Assembly (NCBI GenBank): GCA_003141835.1
Contig: PLNR01000007.1
Span: 3,639 to 67,638, forward strand
Origin: Candidatus Omnitrophota bacterium
Lineage (GTDB): Bacteria > Omnitrophota > Gorgyraeia > Pluralincolimonadales > Pluralincolimonadaceae
Length of the DNA: 64,000 nt
Direction: 5' to 3'
The notes under the pieces were generated by a model. The model was given only the letters and a program-made list of their open reading frames with translations. It was not told the origin of the DNA and did no database searches. Of this stretch, positions 60,078 through 64,000 are shown piece after piece. How positions within the stretch are numbered: position 1 is the first letter of the stretch; every line of letters begins with the position of its first letter. Both the position numbers and the translations under genes were made by a program.

Positions 60078-60821
60078 ATGGGAATTTTACCCAACATACT
60101 AATAAGTGTCCTTATCGTAAGCTCAATATCGCTTATCGGTATAGTCACTGTTTTATTTAGGATCAAATCGATGGACAAGCTGTTTTTCGTGCTTGTCAGT
60201 TTTGCGGTCGGCGCGCTGCTCGGAGCGGCGTTCCTGGACCTTCTGCCCGAATCTATAAAGGCAGGCGAACCGTTCTGGGTGTTCGTCTGCGTTCTGGTAG
60301 GGATACTCTTTTTCCTGTTGATGGAAAGTTTTTTGTACTGGTACCATTGCCATGACCGCGAATGCAAGGTACATGAGTTTAATTACCTGTGTTTAATGGG
60401 CGCTTCTATACATAATTTTTTCGACGGCGTCATAATCGCTGCGACTTACATGAGCGGGGCGTCGATCGGTTTCATAGCTACTATCGCGATAATATTCCAT
60501 GAGATACCCCGCGAGCTGGGGGATTATGGCATCCTGGTTTTCGGCGGTTTCAGCAAAAGGAAGGCGCTCTTCTATAATTTTTTAACGGCGATCACCGCTT
60601 TTGCCGGGGCGCTATGCGCGTATTTTTTCCTCGATAAGTTCAGGACGTACATACCTTATCTGGTGAGCATCGCGGCAGGGGGATTTATTTATATTTCACT
60701 TACGGACTTGATACCGGAGTTGGGTAAGAAGAAGATGCTTTCAAGGTCCATCGCCCAATTTGCGTTGATATCGCTTGGCATAGGGGTGATCCTGGCTGGT
60801 AAGATATTCTTCAAAGAATAG
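60078..60821 (+). CDS. ZIP family metal transporter
   Basis: [35 protein letters not shown]. Confidence 0.92.
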   Translation: MGILPNILISVLIVSSISLIGIVTVLFRIKSMDKLFFVLVSFAVGALLGAAFLDLLPESIKAGEPFWVFVCVLVGILFFLLMESFLYWYHCHDRECKVHEFNYLCLMGASIHNFFDGVIIAATYMSGASIGFIATIAIIFHEIPRELGDYGILVFGGFSKRKALFYNFLTAITAFAGALCAYFFLDKFRTYIPYLVSIAAGGFIYISLTDLIPELGKKKMLSRSIAQFALISLGIGVILAGKIFFKE

Positions 60822-60848
60822 CCCGCCTTAAACCACAATAAGAAAAAT

Positions 60849-62675
60849 ATGATAAAACAAGAGAAGATACGGAACATAGCCATCATTGCGCACGTCGACC
60901 ACGGCAAGACCACGCTCGTCGACGCAATATTGAGGCAGACGCATGTCCACCGCAACATCGAGGAGATGGGCGAGTGCATCATGGACTCGATGGACCTCGA
61001 GCGCGAGCGCGGCATAACCATACGTGCCAAGAACGTGAGCGTCAACTACAAGGGCATAAAGATAAACGTCGTCGACACGCCGGGCCACGCGGATTTCGGA
61101 GGCGAGGTCGAGAGGATAATGCGCATGGTCGATGGCGTACTGCTTTTGGTCGACGCGAAGGACGGCCCTATGCCGCAGACGCGTTTCGTCCTGCGCAAGG
61201 CGCTCGAACTCGGGCTCAAGGCGATAGTCGTCATCAATAAGATAGACGTGGCCGACGCGCAGGTCGATGAAGTCGTGAACAGGACGTTCGACCTTTTCGT
61301 GGAGCTCAACGCCAGCGATAAACAGCTGGATTTCCCCATAATCTACGCTTCCGCGTTAAAAGGCACGGCGACGGTGGATATGAGGCTTCCCTCGGATAAT
61401 ATACTCCCGCTGCTTGACGCGATAATAAAGCACGTGGAACCTCCGACCGTAGATCCGCAGGCGCCTTTGCAGATACTGATCCTTGCGCTGCTGGGAGATT
61501 ACTATAAGGGAAAGATGGGGATCGGAAAGATAACCGGCGGTTCACTGAAAGTCGGCGACAACGCCCTCCTCGCAAAGAAAGACGGGACGAAAGAGATTTC
61601 TAAGATCGCGGCCATCCTTACATACGAGGGCCTGGAGCGCACCGAACGCGAGAGCGCCGTCGCCGGAGAGATAGTGGCGGTCGCTGGTTTTGATGATATC
61701 GGGATAGGCGATACAGTGACCGACCCGGTCAACCCGACACCGCTTACGCCGCCGGAAATAGATGAACCGACGGTCCAGATGACATTCGGAGTGAACAAAA
61801 GCCCGTTCGCGGGCCGCGAAGGCAAATATGTCACGTCGCGCAACATCCGCGACAGGCTTTTTAAGGAGACCGAAACGAACGTCTCGCTGCGTATTAACGA
61901 GACCGAGGCCGCGGATACTTTCCTGGTGTCGGGCCGCGGCGAATTGCACCTGGCCATTTTAGTCGAGCAGATGCGCCGCGAGGGTTTCGAACTCCAGGTA
62001 TCGCAGCCCGAGGTCATTTACCACGAAAAAAACGGCGTAAGGCAGGAACCTTTCGAATTTTTAACGATAGAGATCCCGGCGGAATACCAGGGTTCGGTCA
62101 TAGAAGAGGTCGGCCGCAGGAAAGGGAAGCTGAAGCACGTCTCCCAGAGCGCGACCGGTTCGCTCCATCTCGAATACCAGATATCGACGCGCGGCATAAT
62201 CGGACTCAAAGGCGCGCTGATGACCAAGACGCGCGGAATGGCCGTAATAAACCACGTCTTCGACGAATATAAACCCGTGGAAGAGGGCGCGTTCAATACC
62301 GGCTCGCGCGGCTCGCTGGTCGCTATCGAACCGGGCACGTCCACGGCATATGCCCTGGAGAACGCGCAGCAGCGCGGAGAATTATTCATCGGGCCCAATG
62401 TCGAGGTATATGAGGGGATGATAGTTGGCGAGAACCCGCGCGGAGAGGACATGCCGCTCAGCCCCTGCAAAATGAAGAAGCTTACAAACATGAGGTCTTC
62501 CACCTCCGATATCGCGGTAGTGCTTACGCCGCCGAGGGAATTGTCCCTTGAGCTGTCTATAGAGTATATCGGGCCAGATGAACTTGTTGAAGTCACGCCG
62601 AAAAGCATACGCCTGCGCAAGAAGATACTGGATACGCTGGCCAGGAAACGCGCCGGCAGGGATAACAAGGAGTAA
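60849..62675 (+). CDS. typA: translational GTPase TypA/BipA
   Basis: [59 protein letters not shown]. Confidence 0.97.
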   Translation: MIKQEKIRNIAIIAHVDHGKTTLVDAILRQTHVHRNIEEMGECIMDSMDLERERGITIRAKNVSVNYKGIKINVVDTPGHADFGGEVERIMRMVDGVLLLVDAKDGPMPQTRFVLRKALELGLKAIVVINKIDVADAQVDEVVNRTFDLFVELNASDKQLDFPIIYASALKGTATVDMRLPSDNILPLLDAIIKHVEPPTVDPQAPLQILILALLGDYYKGKMGIGKITGGSLKVGDNALLAKKDGTKEISKIAAILTYEGLERTERESAVAGEIVAVAGFDDIGIGDTVTDPVNPTPLTPPEIDEPTVQMTFGVNKSPFAGREGKYVTSRNIRDRLFKETETNVSLRINETEAADTFLVSGRGELHLAILVEQMRREGFELQVSQPEVIYHEKNGVRQEPFEFLTIEIPAEYQGSVIEEVGRRKGKLKHVSQSATGSLHLEYQISTRGIIGLKGALMTKTRGMAVINHVFDEYKPVEEGAFNTGSRGSLVAIEPGTSTAYALENAQQRGELFIGPNVEVYEGMIVGENPRGEDMPLSPCKMKKLTNMRSSTSDIAVVLTPPRELSLELSIEYIGPDELVEVTPKSIRLRKKILDTLARKRAGRDNKE

Positions 62676-62679
62676 GGAG

Positions 62680-63177
62680 ATGGCCGCGAGTTTTTCTTTC
62701 GATATCGTCTCGGAGATCGACCTGCAGGAGGTCGATAACGCCGTAAACCAGGCAAAGAAGGAACTCTCCCAGAGGTTCGATTTCAGGGGCAGCAAGTCCT
62801 CCATAGATTATAACCGCGAAGAGAAGAAGATAACCCTTATCGCGGACGACGACTTTAAACTGCGCTCCCTCCAGGATATACTTAACGGCAGGATGATAAA
62901 ACGCAATATCTCGATCAAGGCCCTTACGTATAAGGAGCCGGAGAAGGCGTTCGAGGGGACGTTCCGCCAGGTGATCGAGCTTGTGAGCGGGCTGGAGCGC
63001 GAGAAACAGAAGGAACTTGTGAAAATAATCAGGGACATCAGCCCCAAGATACAGACCCAGGTAGAAGGCGAAAAGATAAAGGTCTCTTCCCCGAAAAAGG
63101 ATGACCTCCAGACCGTGATAAATCACCTGCGGAGCATAGAATTCCCCGTCGCACTGCAATTTACTAATTACAGGTAG
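62680..63177 (+). CDS. yajQ: YajQ family nucleotide/c-di-GMP-binding protein
   Basis: SFDIVSE.DLQEVDNA, RFDF.GS, KKDDLQ, LQFTNYR; ATG at 62680 after AAGGAG. Confidence 0.95.
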   Translation: MAASFSFDIVSEIDLQEVDNAVNQAKKELSQRFDFRGSKSSIDYNREEKKITLIADDDFKLRSLQDILNGRMIKRNISIKALTYKEPEKAFEGTFRQVIELVSGLEREKQKELVKIIRDISPKIQTQVEGEKIKVSSPKKDDLQTVINHLRSIEFPVALQFTNYR

Positions 63178-63197
63178 TATGATATAATTTTTTCGAC

Positions 63198-63274
63198 GCG
63201 CCCGTAGCTCAACTGGATAGAGCGTTGGTCTACGGAACCAAAGGTTGGGCGTTCGATCCGCCCCGGGCGCGCCA
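63198..63274 (+). tRNA. tRNA-Arg(ACG)
   Basis: GCGCCCG/CGGGCGC acceptor, TTGGT-CTACGGA-ACCAA anticodon arm, GCCA end. Confidence 0.95.
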
Positions 63275-63287
63275 TCCTTATTTAAAA

Positions 63288-63755
63288 ATGAGCAAGATAG
63301 ACGAAATATACATGTCCGAAGCCCTCAAGCAGGCCTACGAGGCGTTCGAGGCCGACGAAGTGCCTGTCGGCGCCGTCATAGTCCACGAGGGCCGGATAAT
63401 CGCGCGCGCCCATAACCAGATAGAGATGCTTAAGGATCCCACCGCGCACGCCGAGATGATAGCCATCACGCAGGCGGCCGCGTACCTTAAAAGCGAGCGA
63501 TTGCCCGGCTGTTCCATATATGCTACAATTGAACCGTGTTCGATGTGCGCCGGGGCTCTCGTCCTCGCCCGCGTAAAACATATATATTACGGCGCGAAGG
63601 ACCCGAAGACCGGGGCATGCGGCTCGGTATTCGACATCGCGAACAGCAAGAAACTGAACCACAGGATAAAGGTCACCGGCGGGGTCTTGGCCGATGACTG
63701 CGGGTCGCTTATATCAGAGTTTTTTAAGAAGCAAAGGAAAAAAGGGAAGAAGTAG
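63288..63755 (+). CDS. tadA: tRNA adenosine(34) deaminase
   Basis: EVPVGAV, DPTAHAEM, EPCSMCAGA, DPKTGACGS, LNH; ATG at 63288 (the ORF-track start lies inside the tRNA). Confidence 0.96.
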   Translation: MSKIDEIYMSEALKQAYEAFEADEVPVGAVIVHEGRIIARAHNQIEMLKDPTAHAEMIAITQAAAYLKSERLPGCSIYATIEPCSMCAGALVLARVKHIYYGAKDPKTGACGSVFDIANSKKLNHRIKVTGGVLADDCGSLISEFFKKQRKKGKK

Positions 63756-63815
63756 CTTGCGGTCCCGCAGAATATATCCGCGGGATCCGCTGCGCTTCTT
63801 CCAAATAGAGTTTGC

Positions 63816-63907
63816 GGAGAGGTGGCTGAGTGGCCGAAAGCAGTCGCCTGCTAAGCGATTGACCCGCGAAAGCGGGTCCCTGGGTTCGAATCCCAGCCTC
63901 TCCGCCA
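63816..63907 (+). tRNA. tRNA-Ser(GCT)
   Basis: GGAGAGG/CCTCTCC acceptor, GTCGC-CTGCTAA-GCGAT anticodon arm, GACCCGC-GAAA-GCGGGTC variable arm, GCCA. Confidence 0.96.
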
Positions 63908-63925
63908 GTGTTTTTTAGGAGTTGA

Positions 63926-64000
63926 ATGATGCAAAACTACGGATTCTGCAATACCTGCAAAGAGATAGTCCCCGCGACGCATCTCGAGAAAGACGGCAAA
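63926..64000 (+). CDS. N-terminus of a CxxC-containing protein (possibly radical SAM); runs off the window
   Basis: AGGAG RBS, then MMQNYGFCNTCKEIVPATHLEKDGK open to the window end. Confidence 0.5.
   Translation, partial: MMQNYGFCNTCKEIVPATHLEKDGK

Overview
Bacterial chromosomal window, about 50-55% GC by eye and nearly all on the + strand. It comes from a diderm (lpxB, msbA, autotransporters, a PEP-CTERM protein); gene content and style suggest a PVC-type lineage such as Omnitrophota, which is inference only. 1-13.7 kb: purine operon (purB'-C-L-Q-F-M-D-E) running into tsaC, a LMW phosphatase, rpiB, glyA, dCMP deaminase, nrdR and an AmrS radical SAM gene. 13.7-22 kb: gdhA behind a leader with two ANTAR-type hairpins, a PPDK_N-like protein, a LarA homolog missing two key residues and an FAD/Fe-S dehydrogenase. 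22-34 kb: lpxB and a GnnA-like gene on the - strand, an autotransporter, msbA, rpsB-tsf-pyrH-frr, tRNA-Lys and serS. 34.4-64 kb: all four tRNA-Ser isoacceptors plus tRNA-Arg(ACG)/tadA, interleaved with accessory genes. The most notable signal is downstream of tRNA-Ser(CGA): a 17-bp att duplication, recurring end motifs (one right-end/left-end fusion) and a duplicated promoter, with no integrase in the window. This suggests a tandem array of integrase-less islets carrying TPR proteins, an NTT nucleotide translocase, an autotransporter and other cargo. Three tRNA-Ser genes also share 5' leader sequence. No CRISPR array, rRNA or transposase was seen.
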